From: the human T2T-CHM13v2.0 reference genome, Homo sapiens
Assembly (NCBI RefSeq): GCF_009914755.1
Contig: NC_060925.1
DNA length: 64,000 nucleotides
Direction: 5' to 3' (one strand)
Shown one piece after another: positions 34,801 through 56,083 of the stretch (positions are counted from its first letter, which is position 1; each line of letters begins with the position of its first letter). The notes under the pieces are model-generated. The model had not been told where the DNA came from. It saw only the letters and a list, made by a program, of their open reading frames with translations, and ran no database searches. The position numbers and the translations under genes are program-made.

Positions 34801-35015
34801 GTTCTAATGGAACTTAACATTCTACTGTCTCCTGTCATTTGACTTTTAATTCTGTTTTTGGTATATTGGGAAGGTATATAGTCAAATCTACTAACCTTTT
34901 ACTTTAGAGTATCTGTCTTTGATGTCTTTTTGTATTATTTTTATAAGAAAAAACTTTAAAAAGACTAAAAAAGTTCAACATCTCCACAGTTCCAAAGTAA
35001 CCCCATCATGATTCA

Positions 35016-35144
<129 letters not shown>

Positions 35145-35247
35145 CTAGGTTAGAAGAAACAAAGAAAAAAAAAAAAGGTCTGGTTCCCCCTGAAACCAAG
35201 GCTACATTTTTGTATTTTTTAATGAAGTCTTATTTCATTCTTTATTA

Positions 35248-35409
<162 letters not shown>

Positions 35410-35970
35410 TCAATTAAGAAAGTAATAACTACCACTCATTCAACACCTGCCATGTGCCAAGTACTTTAAATATATTAGAACATTGAATTTCAAAACAAAT
35501 CTCATTATCCTTGCTTCAGAGAGATGGAAACCAAGGTCATATAGCAAACCAATACCACACTTTTAGAATCCAAACCCAGGTTTGTCTAACTCCAGAGCTC
35601 CTGCTGAATAGATACACATGTTGCTCTGAGAATTCACCAAAATGAATAGGTCAGAGTGGGGGACAGGATAAGGAAGAATGACCTGCTGCTGCCAGAACAG
35701 ACCTTCAAGAGGAAACCCCAGCTTTAGGGTGTAGACAGGCTGGTGCTGCTGTTCAGGTCACTGACAAAATGAGATGGTATTGGGAAAAGGTTTGAGAAAT
35801 GACTAATGGAGACAGGACTTTGGAATTGCTTGTAGGTCTTGTGATGAACTGTAAAAGGTAGAAGAATAGCTTCTTGTAGGACAGATTTTTTGACTATCAA
35901 ATGGAGCTCCTGGGGAAATGGAGTAAGAGCTTGGCCATGTTGGACATCTTTTTAAATTTTTTTTCTTTGA

Positions 35971-36075
<105 letters not shown>

Positions 36076-36175
36076 TGAGTAGCTGGGACTATATGTGCCA
36101 GCATTTTGCATTTTTAGTAGAGATGGGGTTTCACCATGTTGGCCAGGCTGGTCTGGAACTCTTGACCTCAGGTGA

Positions 36176-36451
<276 letters not shown>

Positions 36452-37650
36452 TAAACTCTTGGTCTCAAGTGATCCTCCGACCTTAGCCTCCCAGTGTTAG
36501 GATGACACACATAAACCACTGTGCTGGACTCATGTTGGACGTCTTAGGGGGAAGAGGCAGGATAGGGTAGGCAGAACAGTATCTAGTGAGCACACTCAAA
36601 TTATATCTTTTTTTTTGAGATGGAGTCTCACTCTGTTGCCTAGGCTGGAGTGTGGTGGCGCGATCTCAGCTCACTACAACCTCAATCTCCTGGGTTCAAG
36701 CAATTCTCCTGTCTCAGCCCCCCCGAGTAGCTGGGATTATAGGTGCACGCCACCATGCCCAGCTAATTTTTCTATTTTTTTCTAGAGATGGGGTTTTGCC
36801 ATGTTAGCCAGGCTGGTCTCGAACACCTGACCTCAGGCAATCTGCCCACCTCGGCCTCTCAAAGTGTTGGGATTATAGGCGTGAGCCACCGCGCCAGGCC
36901 CAAATCATATCTTAAAGCAGCCAGACAACAGTGTAAACTTATTTTTGCCTACCAGTGGCAAGAGGTAGTCTGGGTAACATGAAGATGAATATGATGGGAC
37001 AGGATTTACCCTCAACATATTCCTAATCTAGGGGAGGTACAAAGGTAAACAATAAACCTGATCTTGATACACTGTAAAATGAAACATGCCATGTGGGACC
37101 TCAGAAAAGCTTACTGGCAAAAGAGGGAGGCTTTAGGCTGAACTCTGAAGCACGAGAATTTCAACAGCGAAAAAGTAGCAGGTAACAGGCTGAGGGCAAG
37201 TATGTACTCCCAGTCTCCTAGAGGGAATATGTACAAGGCACAAAAACGATGAGAGCTCTTCCTGTCAGAAGCCAAGAGGAAGTGGACCAATACCTGTACT
37301 ACATGGAAGACTTAGAACACAGTAGACTCTTGGCCTTCATGGATTTAGCAGTCGCAACTCTGACCTGAACATCCACGACACTGCCAATATTTCATTTTGC
37401 TGAAGCATGATTGTGAATGGTGAGTATTGCCACAACAGGATAAAGCAAGCTCAGTCAACCGCTGGCACATATGCCACAAAAGGCAGCAGCCAAGCTTGAG
37501 GGTTAAGATTGTGGCTCTATTCTCAAGAGCAGCTGCTTGGCCAGGCGTGGTGGGTAACGCCTGTAATCCCAAGGCCGAGGCGGGCAGATCATTTGAGGTC
37601 AGGAGTTTGAGATCAAGCCTGGCCAACATGGCGAAACCCCATTTCTACTA

Positions 37651-37809
<159 letters not shown>

Positions 37810-39002
37810 TCAAAAAGAGAAAAAAAAAAAAGAGCGGTCGCTCTTGGTCACATGTATTAACTCATTTGTACCTCGGTTTCCTCATCTGCAAAACTAGGAA
37901 TGATATTATAAAAATTACATGGTAAAGGACTCAGAATACTACCCAGCACAAAGCACTCAATAACAAATTTTAGCTATTATTATATTAGCTATTGTTCCTC
38001 ATTCTTTACATTTGCAATAGCTTTTAATAACAACGTTGACAGGATCAACTTTTTCAATTTTACTTTATGGTATTTTATAGGTAAAGTTACATGCTATGTT
38101 AATATTTATAGTCTTAAAATTTGCAGGGGTCCCAGGATTTACCTCTCACAAACTACTATATTTCTGTTTTTACCTATCACAGCTGAGATTTTCATTGTAT
38201 CTTCAGCATAAGAAAACTTAAGAACCAGTAAGGTAAAGTGGCAAGAACATGAGGTTTGGAGCCAGAGAGTCCTGTAGACCCATGCTCAAATCCCAGCTCC
38301 AAAGTCCTGGACACATGACCACCTTTTCTGAAAACTGGGGATATACACCTCTTAAGTTGTAAATGAGACACATAACATATATGAAGTGCTAATACCAATC
38401 TCTACATGTAGTAGATGTTTGACAAATATTATTACCTCTCAGGTAAAAATGTTACATATAGGTAACAGTTGAGATGTTAACAATGCCTTCAAATTCATCT
38501 CAAATCAAGTATTTATTTTTTATTGAGCATATATTTTATGTAGGAATTGATCACAAGGAATTCCTAGTCTGCTCCAAAGAGGTTCACAAAGTGTCAATAA
38601 AAATATGCTTAATTTTGGAAAAACAAAAACAAAAACACTTTCAAACTAAAAAAATTTTCATAGCTGACTATGAACCACAGACTACTCTGACAGTACTTCA
38701 GGAAAGTACCATTATTACAGATTAAAATTGGGTCGCTATTTGAAACTTCACATGGTTCAATCATATTGAACAAATACATAATCAACAGGAAACATTTTGG
38801 ATAGAGTTCTTTATCACCCAGGGATGGTGCTGCACACCTGTAATCCTAGCTACTTGGGAGGCTGAGATGGGAGGATCCCTTGACCCCTGGAGTTAAGAGT
38901 CTGTGGTAAGCTATGACTGCACCACTGCACTCCAGCGGGGGTGAAAGTGAGACGGTCTCAATTTTAAAAGAAAAAAAGAATAGGGCGTTTACCTAACTTT
39001 TA

Positions 39003-39362
<360 letters not shown>

Positions 39363-39976
39363 TCATGCCTGTAATACCAGCACCACGGGAGGCAAGGGTG
39401 GGAGGACTGCTTTAGCCCAAGAGTTTGAGACCAGCCTGGGCAACATAGTGACACCCTGTCTCCACAAAAAGAAAAAAAAATTCAGAGACTGGGATTGAGT
39501 CTCCAACTTACAAGCATTATTCTCTGAAAAGCTATCTTAATACCCAGCTTTTAGGAATTCTGAGATAAAAATTATAATAACCAGAATGGAGAAAAATAGT
39601 TAAGCTTGGGAAGAAAAGATGAGAACCAATCATCTACCTTGTTTTCTCCTTCACAACCTCAAGAAAATCAGAATAGAGAATTAAAGTCCCTTGAGATCTT
39701 CTAGGAAAGAGAAAACTACAACAGGGAGAAGTTGCTGCTCATCAGATGTTGGATTTGTTCAGCATCATGTGCGTACTGTCTGATTCTAGTTCCTTACTAG
39801 CTATGTAAGCTTAGGCAGTCCCTTAATATACCTGAGTCTCTGTTAGTATGCTGGAATAAACAATAAATTCCTTACAGAATTACATAAAATAATTTATATG
39901 AAAGTTATAAAGCGGCCGGGCACGGTGGCTCACACCTGTAATCCCAGCACTTTGGGAGGCCGAGGCGGGCAGATCA

Positions 39977-40216
<240 letters not shown>

Positions 40217-41011
40217 TTATAAAGCAATGTCCAAATATACCAGAATATCATTGAGTTTTTTAACTTGCTTACACTGAATCTTAACATATCTGAGTGATTC
40301 CTAAAGAGAAGTCAAATTAACCTCACATTTATAAAATGAAATTGCAGTTGTTAAATGCAAACTCAGCTGGGAATGGTGGCTCACACCTGTAATCTCAGCA
40401 CTTTGGGAGGCTGAGGTGGGTGGATTGCTTGAGGCTAGGAGCCTGAGACCAGCCTAGCCAACATGGCCAAATGCCACCTCTAAAAAAAAAAAAAAACACA
40501 AAAATTAGCCTGACACCGCAGTGAACATAGGTAGTACCAGCTGCTAGAGAGGCTGAGGTGGGAATGATCACTTGAGGCATGGAGGTCCAAGCTGCAGTGA
40601 GCTGTGATCACACACCACTGCTCTCCAGCCTGGCAGAGACCCTGTCTCAAAAAAAAAGGCAAACTCATTTCAGAGTGACTAAACATTTAGACAGCTTTCT
40701 ATAGATTGTTTTCCTACACATTGCCTTACTCATCAATTCTCAGAACCACCCCGTGACATGAGTACTACCAGTATCATCAGATGAGAAAAACCAAGGGCCA
40801 CAGCCTTCAAGATGCTTTCCTGAAGTCACAATGCCAGTTAAAAGGCAAGATGGATTCTGGAGCCCCCATGTTCTGGCTCCATAGCCTGTATTCTTTGTAT
40901 ATAATATTAAGTCTCACAATGACATTTTAAGGTATGTTAGCCCCTCTTCACAGGGGCAAAACTGACTCCCAAGCCAGTTAAGAAATGTGTCCAGTGACAC
41001 CCTATAAGTAA

Positions 41012-41395
<384 letters not shown>

Positions 41396-41530
41396 TAAAA
41401 GCGACTTTGGGCCGGGCTCCGTGGCTCACGCCTGTAATCCCAACACTTTGGGAGGCTGAGGCGGGTGGATTACCTGAGTTCGGGAGTTGGAGACCAGCCT
41501 GACCAACATGGAGAAACCCTGTCTCTACTA

Positions 41531-41898
<368 letters not shown>

Positions 41899-42159
41899 TC
41901 ACACAAGACTGATTCATTAGCTACACTGATCAATTTCAAAATAAGGCCAACGACGGGAAAAGCCAGGGAAACAGGAGGTGGAAAATTTGGCAAGATTTCA
42001 TTTCTGAAACTTACAGCACTTAATTATAAGAGATGCAGATAATAATAGATCATTATCGCATCAGTTCACGTTGAAATCTTCCTTCAAAGCATAAAGTTTC
42101 TGTCATAGATGACTCAGGGACTTCAGGACAGGATAAAACAAAACTAAATACTCCTTTCA

Positions 42160-42885
<726 letters not shown>

Positions 42886-43569
42886 TCAACCAATCAGAAC
42901 AATACTACCGCGACGCAGCGCCGTGTGATCCCACCCTCGTCAAGTGCGCGACTTCTGCCGTCACTTCCTTTGTTCGGCGTGCTCAGGTTCGCGCCAAACT
43001 ATCACCAATCAGACGACGCCTTCATCTAAAGGGCTGTAGCGGAGTTTTGGCTTCGGTGTTTCCCACCCACGGTCGTGCGGGAATTGCGCACCTCAGGGAC
43101 TCGCAGCACTAGCCTCACAGCACCGCGTGGAGTTGCTTGTTCTTTTACATAGGAGGTCACATTCTCTTCGTGTAATGCCACCAATGGTGCCGATTCTCCC
43201 CAGTGGGGCTGTGAGAAACCTACGCCCTCTTGCCTATGACAGACTTGTGAAAGATGTGAGGGTGGTGCCCCTCGTCCCGCACCTGTCCCCATCCCAGTCT
43301 CATCCAGGCTTGGCCTCTCCAGTCATTTCGACCATTTTTCATAATTCTTCATATAACGTGCCTCCCATAGGGAGTGGAACATTTTGTCAGTTCCTTCCTC
43401 AAAATACTCATGCATTGTTAGAATTTTATGTTCATTTATGTATTTAAGAAAAATTAGCAGGTGCTGTGGCTCATGCCTGTAAACCCAGCAAATGGGGTCT
43501 GAGGCAGGAGGACCGCTTGAGGCTGGAAGTTTGAGACCAGCCTGGACAACATAGTGAGACCCTCTCTCA

Positions 43570-43812
<243 letters not shown>

Positions 43813-43820
43813 TTAAGTAA

Positions 43821-44676
<856 letters not shown>

Positions 44677-44692
44677 TGAGCCACAGGCCTGG

Positions 44693-44693
<1 letters not shown>

Positions 44694-44742
<49 letters not shown>
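44694..44742. repeat. (TG)~24 microsatellite
   Basis: Uninterrupted TG dinucleotide run. Confidence 0.97.
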
Positions 44743-44746
<4 letters not shown>

Positions 44747-44810
44747 CAGGGTTTCACTCTGTTGCCGAGGCTGGAGTGCAATGGCGCGATCTCTGGGATT
44801 ACAGGCCCAG

Positions 44811-45297
44811 CTCCCTCCCCCTTCCTTCTTTTTTTCTCCACCTCTCTCCTCCTCCTCCTCTCTCCCCCTTCCTCCTCCTCTTTCCTCCTCCACCCTCCTC
44901 CTCCTCTCTCCTCCTCCTCCTCTTTCCTCCTCCACCCTCCTCCTCCTCTCTCCTCCTCCTCCTTTCTCCTGCCTCAGCCTCGTTCGTAATCCTTCTGGGA
45001 TTACAAGCCCAACTCCCTCCCTCCCTCCCTCCCTCCCTCCCTTCCTTCCTTCCTCCTTCCTCCTTCCTTCCTCCCTCCCTCCCTCCCTCCCTTCCTTCCT
45101 TCCTCCTTCCTTCCTCCCTCCCTTCCTTCCTTCCTCCTTCCTCCCTCCCTCCCTCCTTCCTTCCTCCTTCCCTCCCTCCTTCCTTCCTTCCTTCTTCTCC
45201 CCCCCTTCCTTCCTCCTTCCTCCCTCCTCCTCCTCCTGCTTCTTCTTCTCCTCCTTGTCCTCCTTCTCCTTCCTCCTTCCCCTTCCTCCTTCCTCTT
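44811..45297. repeat. Polypyrimidine/polypurine low-complexity tract ((TCC)n, (TCCC)n, (TTCC)n) with a 42-bp tandem duplication and embedded Alu fragments
   Basis: Almost purely C/T on the + strand. tttcctcctccaccc recurs at 44881 and 44923. Confidence 0.93.
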
Positions 45298-45299
45298 TA

Positions 45300-45509
<210 letters not shown>

Positions 45510-46309
45510 CTACTTGGGAGGCTGAGGCTGGAGGATTGCTTGAGCCCAGGAGTCCGAGGCTACAGTGTGTGATGATCTTGCCTGTGAATGGCCAGTACAC
45601 TCCAGCCTGGACAAGGGAGCAGGAGCCTATCTCTTAACAAAATAGAAAAGAGAAAGAAATTAAAATGTCTTAAAATATAACACAATGCCAAATATCGAAA
45701 TCAGATTTTCACCCAGGATTTCAAGACCTGGGTGATCTGATAAGTCAAATAGAGGAGTCAGTTCTCAATCAGTGCTAAAGTAATTGGTATGTACTCTGTG
45801 TGTGGATGTGGTAGTAAACTCATCTCTTAATTTAGTTTTGTCAAGTTGAAGTCTTCCTGTCACATAAAAGTAATTTCTGGGAGGTCTTCCACTTCCCTCT
45901 CCAGGCAGGTTGTACACTTTATTCCCAGACTGGGGGCTGTCAGGGAAATCTAAAGTAAGACTGAGAAGAAGAGAAATCGTCGTCTTTTTTTTTTTTTTTT
46001 TGAGTCAGGGTCTTGCTGTATTGTCCAGGCTAGAGTGTAGTGGCATGATCACAGCTCACCACAGCCTTGACTCAACCTCCCTGGTCTCAGGTGAACCTCC
46101 CGCCTCAGCCTCTTACATAGCTGGGACTACAGGTGTGCACCACCACACTTGACTAATTTTTGTATTTTTTGTAGAAACGGGGTTTCGCCATGTTGCCCAG
46201 GCTGATCTCGACCCCCTGGGCTCAAGTGATCCGCCCAGCTCAGCCTCCCAAACTGCTAGGATTACAGGTGTGGTCCAGCTGAGATCATCCTTTAAGACCA
46301 ATCTGGTGA

Positions 46310-47192
46310 CACACCCATTAGGATTGCCACTATTAAACAAAATAGAAAACAACAAATGTTGGTGAGGATGTGGAAAATCGAAACTTTTGTGCACTGTTAC
46401 TGGGAATGTAAAATGGCACAGCAACTATGGAAAACAGTATGGTGGTTCCTCAAAAAATTACAAATAGAATTACCATATGACCCGGCAATTCGACTTCTGT
46501 GTCTATACCCAAAAGAATTGAATGGGAGAACTTGGAAATATTTGAACACCTGCGTGCATAGCTGCATTATTCATGATATCCAAAGGTGGAAGCAGACACA
46601 TAAAAGGATAAACAAAACAAAATGTGGTATAGATATACAGTGGATTAATATTCAGCCTTAAAAAGGAAGGAAATTCTGAGACATGTTACAATGTGGAGAA
46701 CCTCAAAAACTGCAAAGTTAAATAAGCCAGTCACAAAAGGACAAATATTATCTGATTCCACTTATATGTGGTACCTTGAGTAGTCTAATTCATATGCACA
46801 GAAAGTCAAAGGGATACAAAATTAACCAGGCATGGTGGTGCCCACTTGTAATCTCAGCTACTTGGGAGACCTGAGGTGGGAAGATGGCTTGAGCCCGGGA
46901 GGTGGAGAGATCGCGCCACTGCACTCCATCCTGGGTGACAGAGCCAGACCCTGTCTCAAAACAACAACAACAACAACAACAACAAAAGAGTCAAATAGTG
47001 GTTGTAGAGGGCAATAGATAATTAGTATTTAATGAGTAAAGAATTTCAGTTTGGGAAGATGGAAAAGTCCCAGAGGTGGATAGTGGTGATGGTTGTACAG
47101 CAACGTGAATATATTTATTGCCACTGAACTGTACGCTTGAAATGGTTAAAGTCCTAAGTATTAGGTTATATATATTTTACCACAATTAAAAA
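46310..47192 (+). mobile_element. Old L1 (L1MB-type) 3' end interrupted by an Alu monomer
   Basis: L1 ORF2-end/3'UTR motifs (aaatgttggtgaggatgtgga, tagaattaccatatgaccc, gattccacttatatg, tatattttaccacaattaaaaa). Alu piece at about 46815-46987. Confidence 0.8.
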
Positions 47193-47713
47193 CTTTATTG
47201 TTTTAAAGAGAGAGGAAAAATTAACCCAATCTGCTCTTTGTTGAGTACGTACCACCTGCCAGGTACATGCGTTATTTGCTCTGCTAAGTGTTTAATATAT
47301 GTCTCAATGTTTTAGACCTGCCATTTTAACCTCCAATGTCATTTTGCCTCCATTTCATAAATATACATATTTTAATCAGATCTGACCCAATATTGGTGAA
47401 TTTCCATTTATACTTAATTCTCTGTTCAATATTCTGTACACTGTAAGTTACCCATTTTCAATTTTTGCCATTTTAATTCTGCAGAAATCATTTTTGTGGA
47501 GTATTTCCTGGGCAGAGTTTACAATGAAAATTTATTTCATCAATAAAAATTAGATCCCGATCAAATTTTACAGATTTTTTACATCTGCCACTGTCATTTT
47601 ATGGGTGCTCCTTATTTGTATGAAGTATAATTTGATTTGGAGTGATTTTTTCTTTTTTTTGAGACAGGGTCTCACTCTGTCACCCGGACTGGAGTGCAGT
47701 GGCACAATCTTAG

Positions 47714-47974
<261 letters not shown>

Positions 47975-47977
47975 TGA

Positions 47978-48139
<162 letters not shown>

Positions 48140-48471
48140 TAGTAGACACGGGGTTTCACCACATTGGCTGGTCTCACACCCCCAGCCTCAGGCAATCCAC
48201 CCGCTTTGGCCTCCCAAAGTGCTGGGATTACAGGTGTGACTCACCACGCCTGGCCTGGGGTGATTTTTTAAAATAGTTTTCAATGTTAAACACATGTGAT
48301 TTTCCAAAAATTTTTTTGGTCTAAGGTAATTTTACTAGATGGAGTTTTAGCTGTTTTCAGTTTTAAATTACACTGATTATTTCTACCAGTAATACTCATT
48401 ATGAATGGATAATACTGATAGAATTACTTTCAATATCAGAGAGTGGAGCAGAACATTTCATTCACAACTAG

Positions 48472-49380
<909 letters not shown>

Positions 49381-49544
49381 CTAATAGCTAATAAAACTTG
49401 AAATCAAACCTTTGGGTATTTAAACATTGTTTACACATTTAATTAAATATGCTTAAAATTTTAAAGTGCAATTAAAGTTTTAGGATGGCTGATTCTTATA
49501 AATACTTCAGATATCTTAAAGAGCAGACAAAACATACAGAAACA

Positions 49545-49712
49545 ATGGTTTACTGGGAAGCTGGTGAGGTTTAAGCTTCAGGGCCCCTCACTTGCACAGC
49601 CTCTTCCAAGGGTCTACATTCATACTTACTTTTGTATCTTACTTTGCATTCTTTTTCTTAAAGAAAGCCACCCAAATTATGTAAGCTTCTGGCCACACAA
49701 AATCTAGATCCT
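49545..49712 (+). mobile_element. MER53-like hAT MITE
   Basis: taagcttcagggcccctcacttgcac...aagcttctggccacacaaaatctagatcc resembles the MER53 consensus. Confidence 0.6.
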
Positions 49713-49914
49713 CATGTCCCATACTTCTTTGGATCCTTGCTTTATTTATTTTGTTATCCTCCTAAGGCTTCTGTACCATTATTTATTTATTTATTTTGAG
49801 ACAGAATATCACTCAGTTACCCAGGCTGGAGGTGCAGTGGCAGATCTCAGCTCACTGCAGCCTCAACTTCGCAGTCTTAAGCCATCCTCCCACCTCAACC
49901 TCCCAAGTAGTTAG

Positions 49915-50097
<183 letters not shown>

Positions 50098-50450
50098 TAA
50101 GGTTAGACGTTTACATTTCTTTTTCCAGTTCAACATAGCATGTTGCTATACTTTATATTTGTCACAATGACAGATGAATTGTGGGTGTTTTCTAAGATCT
50201 TGGAGTAAAGATCATTACACTGGAAAAGGCATGGGATCTGGGTGTGCCTCTGGCAAAAAGGGTAGGGTCAAAGGTCCTGCTTTATTTACTTAATCTTCAT
50301 GATCACCAAATGAGGGAAGCAGTATGTCATCCGCATTTTACAGGTAAGGAAACTGCCCCCCAACCTCTTCCACATACAGCCACAAGTAGAAAATAATGTT
50401 TGCATGGTACATTGGATTAAACACAAGACACTGGCTGGGGCCAAAGGTAC

Positions 50451-50889
50451 AAGGTGACCATTAGTCCTGGTTTGCCCAGGACTTCCCCAGTTTTGTTTTG
50501 TTTTTTTTTTTTTGAGACAGAGTCTTGCTCTGTTGCCCAGGCTGGAGTGCAGTGGCGCCATCTTGGCTCAGTGTAAGCACCGCCTCCCAGGTTCACACCA
50601 TCCTCCTTCCTCAGCCTCCTGAGTAGCTGGGACTATAGGTGCCCGCCACCACGCCCGGCTAATTTTTTGTATTTTTAGTAGAGACAGGGTTTCACCGTGT
50701 TAGCCAGGATGGTCTCGATCTCCTGACCTTGTGATCCGCCCACCTCAGCCTCCCAAAGTGCTGGGATTACAGGCGTGAGCCACAGTGCCCAGCCGACTTT
50801 CCCAGTTTTTAAGTGAAAGTCCCAAGTCCCATATTCCAGAAGCCTCCTCACCACCCAGTCCCAGTTGAACTAAGACGGTTAGTTACCCT
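50451..50889. mobile_element. MER81/MER94-like hAT-Blackjack MITE split by an AluY
   Basis: Terminal inverted repeats aaggtgacca... and ...ttagttaccct; internal gtcctggtttgcccaggact. Confidence 0.55.
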
Positions 50890-51314
50890 GGTCGGGGGTT
50901 TCTGGCTGACCTATGGATGAATGTCTTACTGTTCCTGTAACCTTTGGGTGCTGTAATGGTGTGCCTGACCACTCCGGTGAGACTGTCATCAGCCTAAGGT
51001 CACAGAGCTAGTAGAGGGAGGAGCTGGAGTTGAACCCAGTTCTGTGTGACTCCTGAGCCCAACTCTTTTTAGAGACGAGGTTTTGCTGTGTTGCCTAGGC
51101 TGGTCTTGACACCTGGCCTCAAGTGATCTGCCAGCCTTGGCCTCCCAGAGTGCTAGGATTACAGGTGTGAGCCACTGTGCCCGGCCACTATGTATAATTT
51201 TAAAGAGTACTCTAGGAAGAGGTGTACCCAGGAGGACAGATGGTAAGAGAGACACCTACAAAGAAGTGACAGTGCCCAATCTAAATGTCATGCTAAGAAC
51301 TTAGGATTTTTTTT

Positions 51315-51850
51315 ACCATTTGACCCAGCCATCCCATTACTGGGTATATACCCAAAGGATTATAAATCATACTGCTATAAAGACACATGCACACGTATGT
51401 TTATTGCGGCACTATTCACAGTAGCAAAGACTTGGAACCAACCCAGATGTCCAACAATGATAGACTGGATTAAGAAAATGTGGCATATATACACCATGGA
51501 ATACTGTGCAGCCATAAAAAATGATGAGTTCATGTCCTTTGTAGGGACATGGATGAAGCTGGAAACCATCATTCTCAGCAAACTTGCAAGGACAAAAAAA
51601 CCAAACACTGCATGTTCTCACTCATAGGTGGGACTTGAACAATGAGAACACATGGACACAGGAAGGGGTACATCACACACCGGGGACTGTTGTGGGGTGA
51701 GGGGAGGTGGGAGGGATAGTATTAGGAGATATACCTAATGCTAAATGATGAGTTAATGGGTGCAGCACACCAACATGGCACATGTATACATATGTAACAA
51801 ACCTGCACGTTGTGCACATGTACCCTAAAACTTAAAGTATAAAAAAAAAA
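51315..51850 (+). mobile_element. 5'-truncated primate L1 (L1PA3-like): ORF2 C-terminus, 3'UTR and poly(A)
   Basis: Near-consensus young L1 sequence (ORF 51397..51627 MFIAALFTVAKTWNQPRCPTMIDWIKKMWHIYTMEY). 3'UTR carries GAG, not the L1Hs-Ta ACA diagnostic. Ends aaagtat(A)10. Confidence 0.93.
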
Positions 51851-52790
51851 CTATATGGTCTTAGAGAGTCAAGTTAAATAAATTTGAAAAAACTGCATTA
51901 TTAAAGATTCACTATTCATTTTTGCATAAGAGCTATAAGATGTTTATGCAAAATATAGCAATAATTTGTTTAATGCATAATATCTTTGTTCATAACAAAC
52001 TTTTATTATATAGGCCTAAAAAGTTTATTGTTTCCTAGAAGACTATATTAAGATGTTTCTGCAACAAAGGTCTGTAACAGATTAGTCTTTCTGACTTTTC
52101 TTCTACCATAATGTACATTAATTTAATTTTCATGATCCTTAGAAAAATCTATTTTATGCAACTGTTATTTTAAATTATGTGTGGGATATATTTAATAAAT
52201 GATAAGATTGTGTTCATTTAAAAATTTATACAAAAACAGGTTTTGGAAAATTACCAGTCAAAAATCAATATAGGCAAATGGCACCAGGCAAGAAAGGCAA
52301 CACATATTTCTTTAGTCATAGGTTTTCCAAATGAAGTTGCTTAACAGAAGAATCTGTGCAGCTCTCCGGTTGTTAGAATGATAAAATCAAAACTATTTGT
52401 CAGAGAAATCCCTGAAAGATCTAATTTTTGAAAATGTTAGAAGAGAAAAAGAATCAAGTTTGTAGCATGATAAAAAAAATTAGCTTAGAACACACAAAAT
52501 TCACATTCTTAATAGTGAGTTTATAAAATACAAATATATATGTATATAGATGATCTATATTACATCCTTTTTTAAAAGGTATGAGAGATTATTCAGAAAT
52601 AAACACTTCTAAAGGGTAAAATTTATTTGAAGAAACTATGTAACCTACAACCATATATATCTGTATATATAAAATATAGTTATGCACATTTTATATATAT
52701 AAATATGTGTGCGTATATATGTAAAGTGAGTGCGTAATGTGAATTAACTAATGTCATAAACAAACTAAAATAAGAAAAAAAAAACAAAAA
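51851..52790 (+). other. AT-rich unique segment plus second A-tail, interpreted as an L1 3' transduction
   Basis: Lies between the L1 poly(A) and a second A-rich tail (about 52767-52790). The whole unit is bounded by TSD aacttaggatttttttt (51298-51314 and 52790-52806). Confidence 0.8.
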
Positions 52791-53240
52791 ACTTAGGATT
52801 TTTTTTCCCACAGCCATGAGGAGCCACAGGTTTTTGGAGCAAGAGAATTACAAGATCACTTCCAGATTGAGTGAGGCAGAGTGAAGGAGTGTGGAGAGGC
52901 CGGGAACTGCCTGAGACTAGAGGTAGGGAGATCTGTTAGGAAGCTGGATTAACAGACCCAGGTAGCAATGACGCGGACCTGCACCACGGCCGAGGGAGTG
53001 GGAAAGAAAGGGGCAGAGCAAGCAGAAGGCATAGGAAGGGGCAAAGCTTTGGGTGTCTTCAAGTCATTAATTTTTTTATTCATCCAGACTTACTCATTCC
53101 ACCATACATTTATTTGATGAATATATATTCAGTGCCAGGAGCTGTGCTAACCCTCAAGTGACTCTAGTTTTGAATCTGGGTGAAATTCAGAAATGGATGA
53201 GGAGAAATAGAGTGGAACAGAAGCAGGTTTCTTCAATTAA

Positions 53241-53625
<385 letters not shown>

Positions 53626-53672
53626 TGATCCACCTGCCTCGGCCTCCCAAAGTGCTGGAATTATAGGCGTGA

Positions 53673-53990
<318 letters not shown>

Positions 53991-54558
53991 TGATCTCAAA
54001 CTCCTTGACCTCAGGTGATCCACCCGCCTTGGCCTCCCAAAGTGCTGGGATTACAGGCATGAGCTATGGCACCCAGCCTGATCTTTTCACTTTCCTCCTC
54101 CAAAACCTTCAGTGGCTCCCCATGAACTGTATGAAAAAGTTCAAGGTTCTTAGAATGGCACGCAAACTGAGCACCATCACAGTTATAATTTTAATTTGTC
54201 TGCATGACTCTGTCAAAGCCTGTTTCTCTCACTAATCTATAATCGAGTTTTGTTCACCATTGTATCACCAGCACTTGTCACAGTTCTTGGCACATAGAGG
54301 CTGCTTAATAAATGGATGTTGAACAAATGTTAAATGCATGAGTGAATGAATGCAAAAGAGCAAAGTGCCTTTGCCTGGGCTACAGGTCAGCAGTCAGAGA
54401 TTCTGTCCTGGTCTTCTGTGGACTTGAACCCCAAGTCAACCACAGTTGCAGCCTGGCTTCCCAGAGGCTCTGAGGCCAGGAATGGGCAAAGGTGATCAGC
54501 ACCTGAGGGCTTTCCCTTCCTTCAAGGGCTTTGCCACCAGGGTGTTTGTTTTATATGA

Positions 54559-56083
<1,525 letters not shown>

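Noticed and set aside
43120-43200. Non-repetitive segment just beyond the CpG island considered as a small ncRNA gene
   Set aside because: No recognisable snRNA, snoRNA, tRNA or Y-RNA motifs, and no Pol III box-plus-terminator arrangement.
51375-51627. L1 ORF2-like peptide as an active retrotransposon gene
   Set aside because: Only the last part of ORF2 and the 3'UTR are present; 5'-truncated and non-autonomous.
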